This document shows positions 12,989 to 25,720 of a stretch of 64,000 bases of DNA, piece by piece. The notes under the pieces were generated by a model. It did no database searches and had not been told where the DNA came from. It saw only the letters and a program-made list of their open reading frames with translations. The translations under genes and the position numbers were made by a program. The stretch is taken from positions 29,139,360 to 29,203,359 of the forward strand of contig NC_043019.1 in NCBI RefSeq assembly GCF_006345805.1, in the 5' to 3' direction. Source of the stretch: Octopus sinensis (lineage: Eukaryota). Within the stretch, counting starts at the first letter, position 1; the number at the start of each line of letters is the position of its first letter.

Positions 12989-13054
12989 ATTTACTCTGCT
13001 ATGTATTGAGTACCTTATTTACTGTGGTTAACCCCGACTCAACCCGGGACCAAC

Positions 13055-13111
<57 letters not shown>

Positions 13112-13136
13112 CCTACATATAAGACTAAAAGGGTAC

Positions 13137-13344
13137 ATATATGCATATGTAAAAACAATACAAACTGGGACAAGAACGCAAAACATTTAGAAGACAATAC
13201 AAAAAACACGGACGGGACATTTGAAGCCTTCAATCTTCAGTCAAGAGATTGAAGGCTTCGAATGTCCCGTCCGTGTTTTTTGTATCGTCTTCTAAATGTT
13301 TTGCGTTTTTGTCCCAGTTTGTATTTTTTTACATATGCATATAT
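13137..13344. repeat. Foldback (~100-bp arms, 9-nt spacer) between (TA)n tracts
   Basis: 13137-13236 is the near-perfect reverse complement of 13246-13344. Confidence 0.92.
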
Positions 13345-13419
13345 ATATATAGGCCTATATACATATATACACATACACAAATTGCATAAGTGTGTGCATA
13401 TATATTACATATTTATTAA

Positions 13420-13778
13420 ATATGTGGCTGCGTGATAAGAAGCTTGCTTTCCAACCACATAGTTCAGGGTTCAGTCCCACTGTGTGGTACTTTGGACAAA
13501 CGTCATCTACTATAGCCTTGGGCCAGCCAAAGCGTTGTGAGTGGATATGGTAGACAGAAACTGAAAGATGCCTGTTGCATATATATATATGTATATATAT
13601 GTGCATATCTTTGTGTCTGTCTTCCAACACCACTTGACAACCAGTGCTGGTGTGTTTATGACCCTAGTGGTTCAACAAAAGAGACTGCTAGAATAAATAC
13701 TAGGCTTTAAAAGAAGATAAGTACTGGGGTTGATACATTTGACTGACCACAGTGAAATGACTGAAACAAGTAAAAGAT
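13420..13778 (+). mobile_element. Older family A SINE
   Basis: Diverged head TGTGGCTGCGTGATAAGAAGC through tail GAAACAAGTAAAAGA. Confidence 0.7.
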
Positions 13779-13934
13779 AGGAGTGGCTGTGTGGTAAGTA
13801 GCTTGCTTACCAACCACACGGTTCCGGGTTCAGTCCCACTGCATGGCACCTTGGGCAAGTGTCTTCTACTATAGCCTCGGGCCGACCAAAGCCTTCTGAG
13901 TGGATTTGGTAGACGGAAACTGAAAGAAGCCCGT

Positions 13935-13981
<47 letters not shown>

Positions 13982-14184
13982 TTGTCCCCCCCAACATCGC
14001 TTGACAACCGATGCTGGTGTGTTTACATCCCCGTTACTTAGCAGTTCGGCAAAAGAGACCAATAGAATAAGTACTAGGCTTACAAAGAATAAGTCCTGGG
14101 GTCAATTTGCTAGACTAAAAAGGCGGTGCTCCAGCATGGCCGCAGTCAAATGACTGAAACAAGTAAAAGAATAAAGAAAAAGAA
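13779..14184 (+). mobile_element. tRNA-derived SINE (family A, young)
   Basis: GAGTGGCTGTGTGGTAAG A box, GGTTCAGTCCC B box, internal (TA)n(TG)n, tail GAAACAAGTAAAAGA. Confidence 0.9.
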
Positions 14185-14329
14185 TATATATATATATATA
14201 CATACATACACACGCATGTATATACATATCCCCCTTAGCATTTTGCCAGTACAAGAAATCAGTGATTTGTAAGGTCCCTAAATTTTAACGGTGAATGAAG
14301 GATACAGTCGATCAGTCAATTCTTCAGTT

Positions 14330-14660
14330 TGGTACAGGCACTTACATTAGTGTGTGTAAGTTTGTTCCTTCTCAAGCCATGCCTGGCTCATAGGGCCAGT
14401 TTCCCGGTTTCCTTGGCGTATAGGTTCCCCACCTGGACGGGACGCCGGGCCGTCACAAGTGAGCTGCAAGATGCAGGAGGAAAGAGTGAGAGAAAGTTGT
14501 GGCGAAAGAGTCAGCAGAAGTTCGCCATTACCTTCTGCCGGAGCTGCGTGGAGCTTAGGTGTTTCGCTCACAAACACACACATCACCCGGTCTGAGATTC
14601 AAACCTGCGATCCCTCGACCGCGAGTCTGCTGCTCTAACCACTAGGCCATGTGCCTCTAC
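14330..14660 (-). mobile_element. tRNA-derived SINE (family D)
   Basis: Minus-strand head GGCACATGGCCTAGTGGTTAGAGCAGC...GGTTTGAATC; body related to 20912-21209. Confidence 0.75.
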
Positions 14661-14899
14661 AGTGTGTGCAAGTGTGCATGTGCGAACGAATACTCTTTAA
14701 TTGATTTCAGTTATTAAATTATGGACATGTTGAGTCACTCTCTTCAAAGATTATAACTGAAAATGGTGAGCCTAATGCTTATTCTATTCAACACTATTTA
14801 CTGGATGGCTAAGTTTTACCTTTCTGTTTGTCTATTATTAATTGTTTTTGGTAGGGTAAGTGGGAGTAGAAGGAGTATAACCTAGCACTCCCATTTGTA

Positions 14900-15513
14900 A
14901 GAGGGTGCTGAAAGGTTCCTGGCTTTAGATAATAGAAAATACAGGAGAATTAGTTAACTATGGTGCAGGAGTGGCTGTGTGGTAAGTAGCTTGTTTACCA
15001 ACCATATGGTTCCGGGTTCAGTCCCACTGCATGGCACCTTGGGCAAGTGTCTTCTACTATAGCCTCGGGCCGACCAAAGCCTTGTGAGTGGATTTGGTAG
15101 ACGGAAACTGAAAGAAGCCCGTCGTATATATGTATATATATATATATGTGTGTGTGTGTCTGTGTTTGTCCCTCTAGCATTGCTTAACAACCGATGCTGG
15201 TGTGTTTATGTCCCCGTTACTTAGCGGTTCGGCAAAAGACACCGATAGAATAAGTACTGGGCTTACAAAAGAATAAGTCCCAGGGTCGAGTTGCTCGATT
15301 AAAGGCGGTGCTCCAGCATGGCCGCAGTCAAATGACTGAAACAAGTAAAAGAGTAAAAGAGAGAGAGAGAGAGTATGATTTTATTCAACATATTCCTCTC
15401 TCAGATTCACACACTTATTGCAATGGCCCTGTAAAAAAAACTCAGATGGTTAGGCCTCCAACCAAGCCTTTCGTGATACTCTTTTAAGCCAGGAACTTTT
15501 CAGCACCTCCTTG
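14900..15513 (+). mobile_element. Mariner-type MITE interrupted by a SINE
   Basis: Same TIRs as 2396-2612; the interior matches once 14963-15373 and one TATG copy are removed. Confidence 0.85.
14963..15373 (+). mobile_element. Family A SINE nested in the MITE
   Basis: Full-length copy flanked by TATG at 14959-14962 and 15374-15377. Confidence 0.9.
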
Positions 15514-17467
15514 TACATACACACATACATGCATCTGTATGTGTGTATGTATTTGTGTACAACTGTGCTTTAGCGCAGTTTCTATCTAAGCATATTCCTC
15601 TTACAAGGATTAGACTAATGAGTTTGACAAAAGACATTTTGCTCAAAGTGTTGCTGTGCATTGGGATTATATCTGGAACAATATGATTGCTAAGAAAACC
15701 TCTTGACAATAAAGCCATGTTGTTAAGATATTTAAATACTTGTTTGTTACAAAATTATTCCAGCTGATTTACATATTTTTATATAATGAATAGGAATTCT
15801 AGTCTATTGAGAAAAGAGAGAATTTTTATGAATGGATTTTCATTTTCCACTATTTTACAAACCACTTCTTTCTTCAAACTTGAATGTGTGGGAATTTTTT
15901 AATCACTCAGTTATTATCATTTAAATTGTGTTTTTGTGTGTGGGTGGAAATTCACATGGAACACAGCTGGAGCTAATTAGTTTCACAGCTTAAAGTTTTT
16001 CCTATATCTCGCCACTCTAAATGAGGCTTCTAGAGTCACTCGATCAATTGGTCATAAGCATGAAGATGTAACTGAAATGTTTGCTTTGTAATACTATGGT
16101 TTCAGGTTCAATCCTTTTGCAAGGCACTTTGAACATGAATCTTATACTATGGCTTTGGGTTGATCAAGGCCTTGCACATAAAACTGCATAGATAGAAGTT
16201 CATTAGACTGAAACTGTTTTTGTACAGGAGACCTATTCTAGCTTTTGACCCTTCATTGCCTTTATCAGAGTCCTTTTTGTTGCAAGCATCTGGACCAAGC
16301 CTCCAGTAGAAGGTAACTCATGAAGCTGATGTGCTGCTTCCTTCTGCAGCCACCCAAGAATTCTTCTTTCTACTCTTTCACTTTGCCTTCTCTACCACCT
16401 CCAGATTCTGAGACCCTGCTAAGGTCATAGGCAAAATAAAAAAGCATAAAATAAAGATGAAAAGTATAAAGAAAAATATACTACCGTCTTAAAGTAATAA
16501 AAGACATTGAAATATATAGTTGTGCATATACAAAAAGACAAATGACTAAGTAGTTCTGGCTAGAGCATCTTCGACCATAAGTCTACTTGATGAAGGACTA
16601 TCTGGGGTAAAATACCAACAATAATGGAAAGTAAACAGGTTTTATAATAAATGATACACATTCATCCAGCTTCTATTCCCACTAATTTTGGGAGGGTCAT
16701 TGGGATAGACTCCTCAGGTACCTTCTCTTGGCCAAGGTGCCATGCAGTAGGACTGAACTTGGAAACATGTGGTTGGGAAGAGAACTTCTTAAGACACAAC
16801 CTCATCTACATTTTCTTCAATCATAGCAAATCTAGAACTACACTATCATCTGATGTGTCTTTGCATTTCTTATCAAGATTGTAAAGCATGAAATTTTGCA
16901 GCTATTTCTAGCAGGTTGAGTTATTCCTATGGACATTTTAGTGTCAGCCCATGATTGTTTTCTTTCTTTCTTTTTTTTTTGTTAGTTGTTAATGAAATAG
17001 ATACTGCTGAAATTTGGGATATTTGACTGATATTTCTTGCAGGTTATATAACCAATAATAATTTCAACGTTGGAACTTGATTTTTTTTCCTTATTAGATT
17101 AATTAAATGCATATCATTGGAAGGAAATATTAAACATCGTTTTACATTTTGATAATTTTAGTTGTGATAATTAAGGAATTAATTGGCAGTTTCAGATTAC
17201 ATACCAGCCTAGGCTGTGGCTTAGTTTCCTATTCCCAGTAGCTATTTCAATTCATATATATTACTAAAGTCTTTCGATAAAATATTAATGAAATAAATCT
17301 CTTTATTTAGGTGCAGGCACAGCTACATAAGAAGTTTGCTTCTCAACTACATGGTCCTGGGTTCAGTTCCACAGCACAGCACCTTGGACAGGTGTTTTCT
17401 ACTATAGCTCTGGGTCAACAAAAGCCTTTGGATTTGACAGATGGAAACTGAAAGGAGGCTGTCGTAT

Positions 17468-17512
<45 letters not shown>

Positions 17513-18109
17513 AAAGAAAAAGGAGGTGGCAAAGGAATGATTATCTTATGAACTTCATTATTTACTGCTGTTTCCACTATAAGAAGCAGTGGGCTTATAG
17601 TTGAATGCCTGAGTAATGCCTTATAGCTTCATCAGAGCCTCAAACATGAAGTGCAGTTTATTTGGGAAAACAATTATGTATGAACGTAGGCAAACTTAGG
17701 AGTTTGGCAAAAGAGCCCAATAGAATAAGTATAGGCATAAAAAATTTTGTTGTTAAAATTCATGAGCAATAAAATTGGTTATATTTCTATAATACACAAA
17801 ATATTTCAACAATTTTTTAATACAATTCCTAATAATATTCAGTTATAAAAATATAACAGGATTTTATTTAAACATCAAAAGGCTATGAGGGTCCAGAAGA
17901 ATAAAATAGCAATCAATTGAGGCCTTAGGCAAAAATGGTTAAGAACCACTGACTAAATCCTTTGAGGCAGTGCTCCAGCATGGCTGCAGTTCAATGACTG
18001 AAACAAGAAAGAGAACAGATAAAAGATTTCAAAAAATGTAGCCACATGAATCTAGGTTCAATCTCACTGCACAGCATCCAGAGCAAATGTCTTTTATCAA
18101 AGGTATGAG

Positions 18110-18345
18110 TAGGCGGTGGGCTGGCAGAAACGTTAGCACGCCGGGCGAAATGCGTAGCCGTATTTCGTCTATCGCTACGTTCTGAGTTCAAATTCCGCCG
18201 AGGTCGACTTTGCCTTTCATCCTTTCGGGGTCGATTAAATAAGTACCAGTTACGCACTGGGGTCGATATAATCGACTTAATCCGTTTGTCTGTCCTTGTT
18301 TGTCCTCTCTGTGTTTAGCCCCTTGTGGGTAGTAAAGAAATAGTT
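18110..18345 (+). mobile_element. tRNA-derived SINE (family B, full length)
   Basis: GGCGGTGGGCTGGCAGAAACGTTAGC...GAGTTCAAATTCCGCCGAGG...GTAAAGAAATAG. Confidence 0.88.
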
Positions 18346-18905
18346 ATGAGTAGGCCAGCGCTTTGTGAATGAAAGCTGGCAGATAGAAACTGCAGAATCC
18401 CATTACATGCACTGGCTGCTGAAGTGTAAGCGATTCTCATGTGACAGGTAAAGAGACAATGTTGTTAGCTTATCCAGTGAAAGATAGTTATAAGTGTTTT
18501 CCCAACAGCTAAGACTGTTCAGTTGGTGTAATAAGAAACGCAACTGCTTGGCAATTGACAAATGTTTAGCTTGAGTACTGAAGTGGGATCTGATCTTTAT
18601 TTTAGGCTCTGTGTGTATGTGTGTGCATGCACGTGCATGGTGTTTCTATGTATGTTTTTTTATCAATATATATCGGTGAAGGATGTAATAAATATCTGCA
18701 AAACAAAGGGATGGTTGAAACGTTTTTCAAAATGAGGTTCCTTGTAATATTTGTTCTGCACTGAGGTACAGATCTCCCCCCCCTCTCTCTCTGTGAAATC
18801 TGAACAACTGGTGACTGGCTGGTTGGAAACTTATAGCCAAATGATACTGTTGTTCAACAATTGTAATATGAAATCAAATAAGACAAAAAAAACAAAAACA
18901 AATAA

Positions 18906-18937
<32 letters not shown>

Positions 18938-20380
18938 AATAATATATAAGTAAGTAAATAAATAAATAAGTAAAAAAAAAACTCTTTAGCATTATGCTTG
19001 CAGCAGTATAGACACTCCAATGTTTCCTTCCACATAGAGAGAGACACTGTTGGAGACAGGTATACTGAAGAAATATAAAAAGATAAATGGAAACAAACCA
19101 AGTGTCTCATAAAATTTAGTTATTGTTGGCACAAAGCAGACATGTTGGAGTAGATTGTTAAGACATGCAATACAATGTAAAGACACAGTAATGGTTGAAG
19201 TTCCATCCAACCAGTGGGTTGGTTACACATCAAGTGTGAGTGACACAATCAATGCAGCATATATAATAACAGAGGTGAACAGTTCCAACACACACACACA
19301 CACACACATCTATATTATATAAGGATAGAGAAGATTGGTACTGACTTGATACTCTTCTATATCAACTGTTACATGTTTCGGTATCAGGCAACACATAACG
19401 TCACACCATTGATGCAACTGGTAGATGCACCCTGCAAGGCCAGCATGGGGAGCAAACAAATTGCAAGGCTGTTATATAGGAACTGTATTATGTTATAGTG
19501 TACCCTCCAATATGGATGACCTGCGTGTCCTAGTGATGGTGGGTGTTTAATGCAATTAACATTGGAGCTGAAACTTGTGTGTCAAGCACATCTGATCATG
19601 TGTGTGTGTGTGATGGACTCTCCTCTTGAAGATGATGTGCGAATATCCAGCTTTTGCTGAATGACCTGCACAAATGATTTGTTTATAATGATCAAATGTT
19701 CATGCTGCACTTTAGCTCACTCCTGCCATCAAATCAATGTTGTCTGAACAGGTGCACGGTATACATGCGTCAGGTGTTGAAATGATCACAGAGCAACATG
19801 AGATGAAGTGGTTTGCTCAAGAACACAACACACCACCCAGTCTAGGAATTGAAATCACCATTGCTAACCACTAGGCCATGCACCTGCACATGTAGGTACA
19901 TACATACATATAGTGTGTGTACAGGTGTGGTGTGTAGGTGAGAAGTTTGATACCCAACCACATAGTCATACATTCAGGCCCCCCTATGTGGCACATTGAG
20001 CAAATATCTTCTACTATAGCCCTGGACTGACCAAAGCCTTGTGAAAGGGTTTTGTAGATAGAAACTAAAAGAAGTCCATTGAGTGTGAGCGTTTGTCTCT
20101 CTTTGTCTTGATTTTGCATGGAAGTTGTAATTTGATTGTCATACACGTAGTAGGGTTACACAGAATAAGTCCTGGAATCAATTTGCTTGACTAAGGGCGG
20201 TGCTCCAGCACGGCTGCAGTCAAATGACTGAAACAAGCGAAAAAATAAAAGATATACACACACATATGTATGTATGTATGTATGTATATATTATATATAT
20301 ATATATATAATATTATATATATATATATATATATTATATATTTATAAGAATTATATAACAAAAAGAAGGAAATAGTAGGC

Positions 20381-20728
20381 TTTAATAGCAAATTACAACA
20401 TTTGTTTCTGCACTGGACAGCTGTTTCATGTTGCTGATTTTACATCCATATATGATTATATAAAATTATTCTTTAGAATAACTATGAAAATAGATACATA
20501 TGAACCAGCAAGAACTGTAGAAAAAATGATATAGTATATACAAGTGGCTCAAGCAAATCCAACAGTGCTAATTGCATTCTACCAGAGGATGCATAAACAC
20601 ACACTTATTGCTGGATTTATTGATATAGCTATTATAAAAAAAATAATCTTACATAATGATATATGAATATTAAGTGAGCAACATAAAGCTGGTGTCCAGT
20701 GCAGAAACAAATGCAATTTGCTATTAAA
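20381..20728. mobile_element. MITE with ~38-bp TIRs
   Basis: TTTAATAGCAAATT..CATTTGTTTCTGCACTGGACA vs TGTCCAGTGCAGAAACAAATGCAATTTGCTATTAAA. Confidence 0.7.
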
Positions 20729-20882
20729 ACATCTTCATATTGTATAATTCTTATATTAATCCCATACAATGGTGGAATTCCTCATGTTTATCCAGCCTTG
20801 GAAAATATCCTGCTATAGAAAGGCATATGGTAGCCAATGTTTGTATAGGGGCTTTCGAATACATGTCATGAGGTTATTACCC

Positions 20883-20911
<29 letters not shown>

Positions 20912-20919
<8 letters not shown>

Positions 20920-21209
20920 ACCGACCAGACCATCAGATGTTGTTACACATCACTGGTCACAATGCGTTCGCATTGTTTTAGCCTTCGAATAACGCCACCC
21001 TGCTGGCTAAGCGAGCAGGCCAACAGAAGGAAGAGTGGGAGAAAGAGTGGTGAAAGAGTACAGCAGGGATCACCACCCCCTGCCGGAGCCTTGTGGAGCT
21101 TTTAGGTGTTTTTGCTCAATAAACACTCACAACGCCCAGCCGGGGAATCGAAACCGCGATCCCCCGACCACGAGTCGCTGCCCTAACCACTGGGCCATTG
21201 GGCCTCCAC
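20912..21209 (-). mobile_element. tRNA-derived SINE (family D variant) between (TA)n tracts
   Basis: Minus-strand head GTGGAGGCCCAATGGCCCAGTGGTTAGGGCAGC...GGTTTCGATTCC. Confidence 0.8.
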
Positions 21210-21244
<35 letters not shown>

Positions 21245-21450
21245 ACACATGTACATACATACACACATGATGGACTTCTTTCAGTGTCCATCTAGCAAAT
21301 CCACTCACAAGGCTTTGGTTGGCCAAAGATGTCACATAGTGGGACTGAACGAGAGACCACATGGCGAGGAAGCAAGCTTGTTAATCACACAGCCACACCT
21401 GCATATATATAATACACACACAAACACACAGGTATCAGAATGAGAGAAAA

Positions 21451-21518
<68 letters not shown>

Positions 21519-21559
21519 CATGTATTCATACACATCGAAAATAGCTTTTCTTTTAGAAG

Positions 21560-22490
21560 TACTGTATTGAAACCATGTCTGTTCTAGTTTTTATCTTTTA
21601 TATTAATATTTCTATCAGATATATTCTGAGTACCTGGCAGTGTGTAGGGAACACTAGAGTTCCCTCTTCTGGATGAAATAATACCGGTGTATGTAACTGT
21701 ATAGTAACTGATGTAGATGTTACTGTTGGAATTTTAATCTTGACCATTACATTTATACATCATTATTAGCCAGGTGTTTATTTTTGTTTGTGACTAGTGT
21801 ATGTTTTCTATGTTTTATTATAGAACTCTGCTGTGAAATACGTATTGCTTTCATCATTAATCGTCTATTTTGGTGGGGAATTCTGTAGTGTATACAAGTG
21901 TTGTCTACTCATGTGTTCCTAGCTTGTTTTGTGTTCAGTGGTATAGTGCATTGCAATTCCTGCTTGTTGTGCATGCATGGGGAATCAACAAGTGAAGGTT
22001 GTAATTGTACGACCAATATATCATTGCCGAAGCCATAAAGTATATAACTTTCATGTTTTCAATTGAATTTATTAATCACATTGGTCATTATAGCTTGATC
22101 ATGGGTTTACATAGATGCAGTTTGTAATTAATAAGAAAGTTTTTAATTTTTATGTATTTCGTAGTATATGAATGTGGTTTGATGTAATGTGTTTTGTGAG
22201 GTTTTTGATAATGTGTTTATCTGTTCTATAATTAGTATGTATTTGATTCGTATAATTCAATTTATGTGTGGTTTGTGTATTTTTAAGAGGTTTGATGTCT
22301 GATGCATTTATTGCATTGTATTTGTGTTTGTTATTGTTCTAAAGCTAAGTCTATTAGTTTGTTAGAATAACCATTGATGATTAGTGCTTGCGTTTATTCT
22401 GTGGATTTCTTTATTCCGTTTGTGGAGTGGGTATTAAAATGGTCTTCTAAGTGGAGATTTTACAACTGAAATTATTTTGTATCTCTATGG
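21560..22490 (-). mobile_element. Decayed Penelope-like element, RT C-terminus plus GIY-YIG endonuclease
   Basis: Minus strand encodes INGYSNKLID (22349-22378), TNVINKF, and YIGRT (22006-22020), then MHAQQAGIAMHYTTEH; stops and frameshifts present. Confidence 0.75.
21631..21675 (-). ncRNA. Decayed hammerhead just 3' of the GIY-YIG ORF
   Basis: CATC-CAGAAGA-GGGAAC TCTAGT GTTCCC-TACAC; perfect 6-bp stem II, mutated core. Confidence 0.4.
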
Positions 22491-22879
22491 CAAGCTGTCA
22501 GAGAAGGAAAATTTCATGTGGCAGATGTAGAAGAGCAATTAGCAGCAAGTGTACCCAAGGTGAAAAAGAATTATGTCAAATATTTGTAGAGTTCCCCAAA
22601 AGTAGCTGATATCTTCTACGAAAGTAAGCATGCCCCAAAAAACACAATCATCAGTGTACGGAAATGTTTAACCCTTTAACGTTTACACTGGTCATATCCA
22701 GCTCAGATATTCTACTTGTTAGATGTTAACACCGGTCAGATCAGGCCTCTCACACCTATTCATCGAAATCACAAAGCTCACAAGATAAAGTGTGATTAAT
22801 TGAAAACAATGTGAATAAATAAGAATTATTTATGACAGAGTAATCTGAATGCTAATAGGTTAAGGAACTATTTCTCAAC

Positions 22880-23045
22880 ATGAAATAAAAAGATTCTCTC
22901 TCTCCTAGTGAAAGGAATATTGTATGATGCTTGTGTACGAAGTGCAATGCTGCATGCTAGTGAAACAGGAACAGTGAATGTTGATGATATGTGAAGGCTA
23001 GAAATAAATGAGGAAGCATACTCCACAAGATATGTATTATCACTG
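22880..23045 (+). mobile_element. RTE-type LINE remnant (post-RT region)
   Basis: Encodes LSLLVKGILYDACVRSAMLHASET...DM*RLE. Confidence 0.65.
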
Positions 23046-23157
23046 TACAGAAGTTGGCTCATGAACATAAGGTCCTGAGTTTGATTACTGGTGGTGTATT
23101 GTTTCTTTGAGCAAGACACTTTATTTCATGTTGCTCCAGTCCACTTAGCTAGCAAAA

Positions 23158-23302
23158 ATGAGTGGCTGTGTGGTAAGTAGCTTGCTTACCAACCACATGG
23201 TTCTGGGTTCAGTCCCACTGCATGGCACCTTGGGCAGGTGTCTTCTACTATAGCCTCGGGCCGACCAAAGCCTTGTGAGTGGATTTAGTAGATGGAAACT
23301 GA

Positions 23303-23367
<65 letters not shown>

Positions 23368-23591
23368 ATATATATTTGTGTGCATGTTTGTTTGTCTGTG
23401 ATTGTCCCCCATAACATCGCTTGACAACCGATGCTGGTGTGTTTACATCCCCGTAACTTAGCGGTTCGGCAAAAGAGACCGATGGAATAAGTACTAGGCT
23501 TACAAAGAATAAGTCCTGGAGTTGATTTCCCCGACTAAAGGCGGTGCTCCAGCATGGCTGCAGTCAAATAACTGAAACAAGTAAAAGAGTA
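23158..23591 (+). mobile_element. Family A SINE joined to a family C fragment
   Basis: Family C body ends AAAAATGAGT and runs directly into GGCTGTGTGGTAAG. Confidence 0.85.
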
Positions 23592-23610
23592 AATATATAT
23601 ATATATATAT

Positions 23611-23870
23611 CATCATCATCATCATCATCGTTTAACGTCCGCTTTCCGCGCTAGCACGGGTTGGACGGTTTGACCGGGTCTGGGAAGCCAGGGGCCGCAC
23701 CAGGCTCCAGTCTGAATCTGGCAGAGTTTCTACGGCTGGATGCCCTTCCTAACGCCAACCACTCCGTGAGTGGATTGGGTGCTTTTTACGTGCCACTGCA
23801 CAGGGGCCGGAGGGTCCGGCATCGTCACGATCGGTTCGAGCATTTTAACGTGTCAGCGGCACGGGGGCAA
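23611..23870 (-). mobile_element. Retroposon 3' end with (GAT)n tail
   Basis: (CAT)n-CGTTTAACGTCCGCTTTCC...GGATGCCCTTCCTAACGCCAACC; relatives at 39190-39500 and 63690-63835. Confidence 0.75.
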
Positions 23871-24140
23871 TGAGGTCAGGGGTAACTTTGGGATCGGGTG
23901 GTACTTGGGGATCCAGGGTACTTGGGGATCCGGGGTACTTAGAATGGGTAGGGGGTTATTTGGGGATGTGAAGTTATGCTTTGGCAAGATCCGTAGGTCA
24001 TGTGGAAGTGCTGCCAGAAAGCAGGCCGGGTTCTTTGTAGTCACAGCATTTATCGTCACTGAGTAACGTAATTAGGTAGAGGAAAGAAATAGATATTCTA
24101 GAGTTGAGTTGGGGAATATATAAATATATATATATATAAA

Positions 24141-24174
<34 letters not shown>

Positions 24175-24652
24175 TATATAAATATATATATATTATATAT
24201 ATATATATAATATAATAATATATATATATATATATATCTGCATAGGAGATTTGGTTGTTATTTATAACACATTAAGCAACAACATAAAGCTCCCTCAGTC
24301 ATTTATTACTGAGAATTTAAAGAGGAATTGAAAATAGCCATGTATATGTAACTGCCTGAGTGCATGTGCACTAGGAGAGTGGAGCATGTGAGTATGATAA
24401 TAAACAATTATTTATTGAAAAGAAGAATTAAGAAGAAAGGAGTGAGCTAAGTTTATAAAGTTCTGAGAGAGAAAGAGACTGGAGAAGTATGCAAAAATTA
24501 CTGGAGAGTTATATGAGCGAAAAGTTGCTTTGAGGATAAAAAGAACAGCCATTTTGATCACCAGACTAACACACACACACTTAAATAGAAACGAACATGT
24601 TTTCACAAATGTCTTTCATTATTAACTTCCAGTGTGATTGATTGTTAAAATG

Positions 24653-24687
<35 letters not shown>

Positions 24688-24798
24688 ATTTATAGGCAAT
24701 AGGAAGGGCATCTAGTCACAGAAAGTCTGCCTCAACAAATTCCATCTGACTCATACAAACATGGAAAAGTGGATGCTAAATGTTGATGATGATATGTA

Positions 24799-24848
<50 letters not shown>

Positions 24849-24883
24849 CAATATTTTATAATTATGAGTATAATTATAATTAG

Positions 24884-25388
24884 GGTTCAGCAAAAATTTG
24901 CTTCACCACATACCGAACTTTAGAAATAGCAGCCAGAGAACCTTAGCTATTTCTTCTACTATAAGAAGAAACTCCCAGACAACAAATACTCAAAACAACC
25001 CATGTAGACAGAGAGGAAAAACAACGAAATTCACTTGGTCTCTTTCTTCCTTTTGTTATCTTACCGTTTTTATCAATATATATATGGATTTTTCTCATAA
25101 GGTATTGGAATCTTAAATATGTACCATTCTGCCTAGATAATGTATCTACAAATTCAATATCCCTACATATCTCACATCTATTTTCTTTCCTCCACCTCAC
25201 TCTCTATTTTGCATCCCATCTAAATTAATTATTACTTAACCATCCTCTCACACAGTCTCCGATGAAGGGATATAATTAAAAAATATCCTGGAAACAGCTG
25301 TAAGACCGTCTATCTATAAATGTAAGACCGTCTATCTAATATCTACACAGCCTTGGTTTTTTTTATCTCATTACACAAAACATTCTTA
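24884..25388 (+). mobile_element. Penelope pseudo-LTR-like fragment between (TA)n tracts
   Basis: Carries the HHR at 25255; shares CACCACA..CCGAA.TTAGAAATAGCAG with 49150-49180. Confidence 0.6.
25255..25306 (+). ncRNA. Minimal type-I hammerhead (U4C variant)
   Basis: GTCT-CCGATGA-A GGGATAT..ATATCCT G-GAAA-C AGCT G-TA|AGAC. Confidence 0.72.
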
Positions 25389-25447
25389 TATATATATATA
25401 TGGAAACAGAAAGAAGTTTGTTGGATATATATAAACATATACATATA

Positions 25448-25679
25448 CAGGGTTGGCCAAAAGTCAGTCGATAGTAAATCAAAATTCCATAAATACTTAA
25501 TATTCAATTCTATTTATTCATCTGGAAAAATGGTGTTGCTCAAGAAGGACTTCAGTTTGAACAATTTTCTTAAGGTTTCATATTTAGATGCTTTTATTGA
25601 ATTCATTCAGTTGTTAAACATATATAAACCTTGGAATTAAATGGTTTTGATTTACTCTCGGGTGACTTTTGGCCACCCG
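25448..25679. mobile_element. Tc1/mariner MITE
   Basis: TA|CAGGGTTGGCCAAAAGTCA ... TGACTTTTGGCCACCCG|TA. Confidence 0.8.
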
Positions 25680-25685
25680 TATGTA

Positions 25686-25720
<35 letters not shown>

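Noticed and set aside
16055-16090. AAGCA-TGAAGA...GAAATGTT-TGCTT
   Set aside because: C3 missing, no stem II, and the 3' part is a SINE head.
19364-19395. Minus-strand CTGATACCGAAACATGTA
   Set aside because: G8 and A9 absent, no stem II, stem I does not pair.
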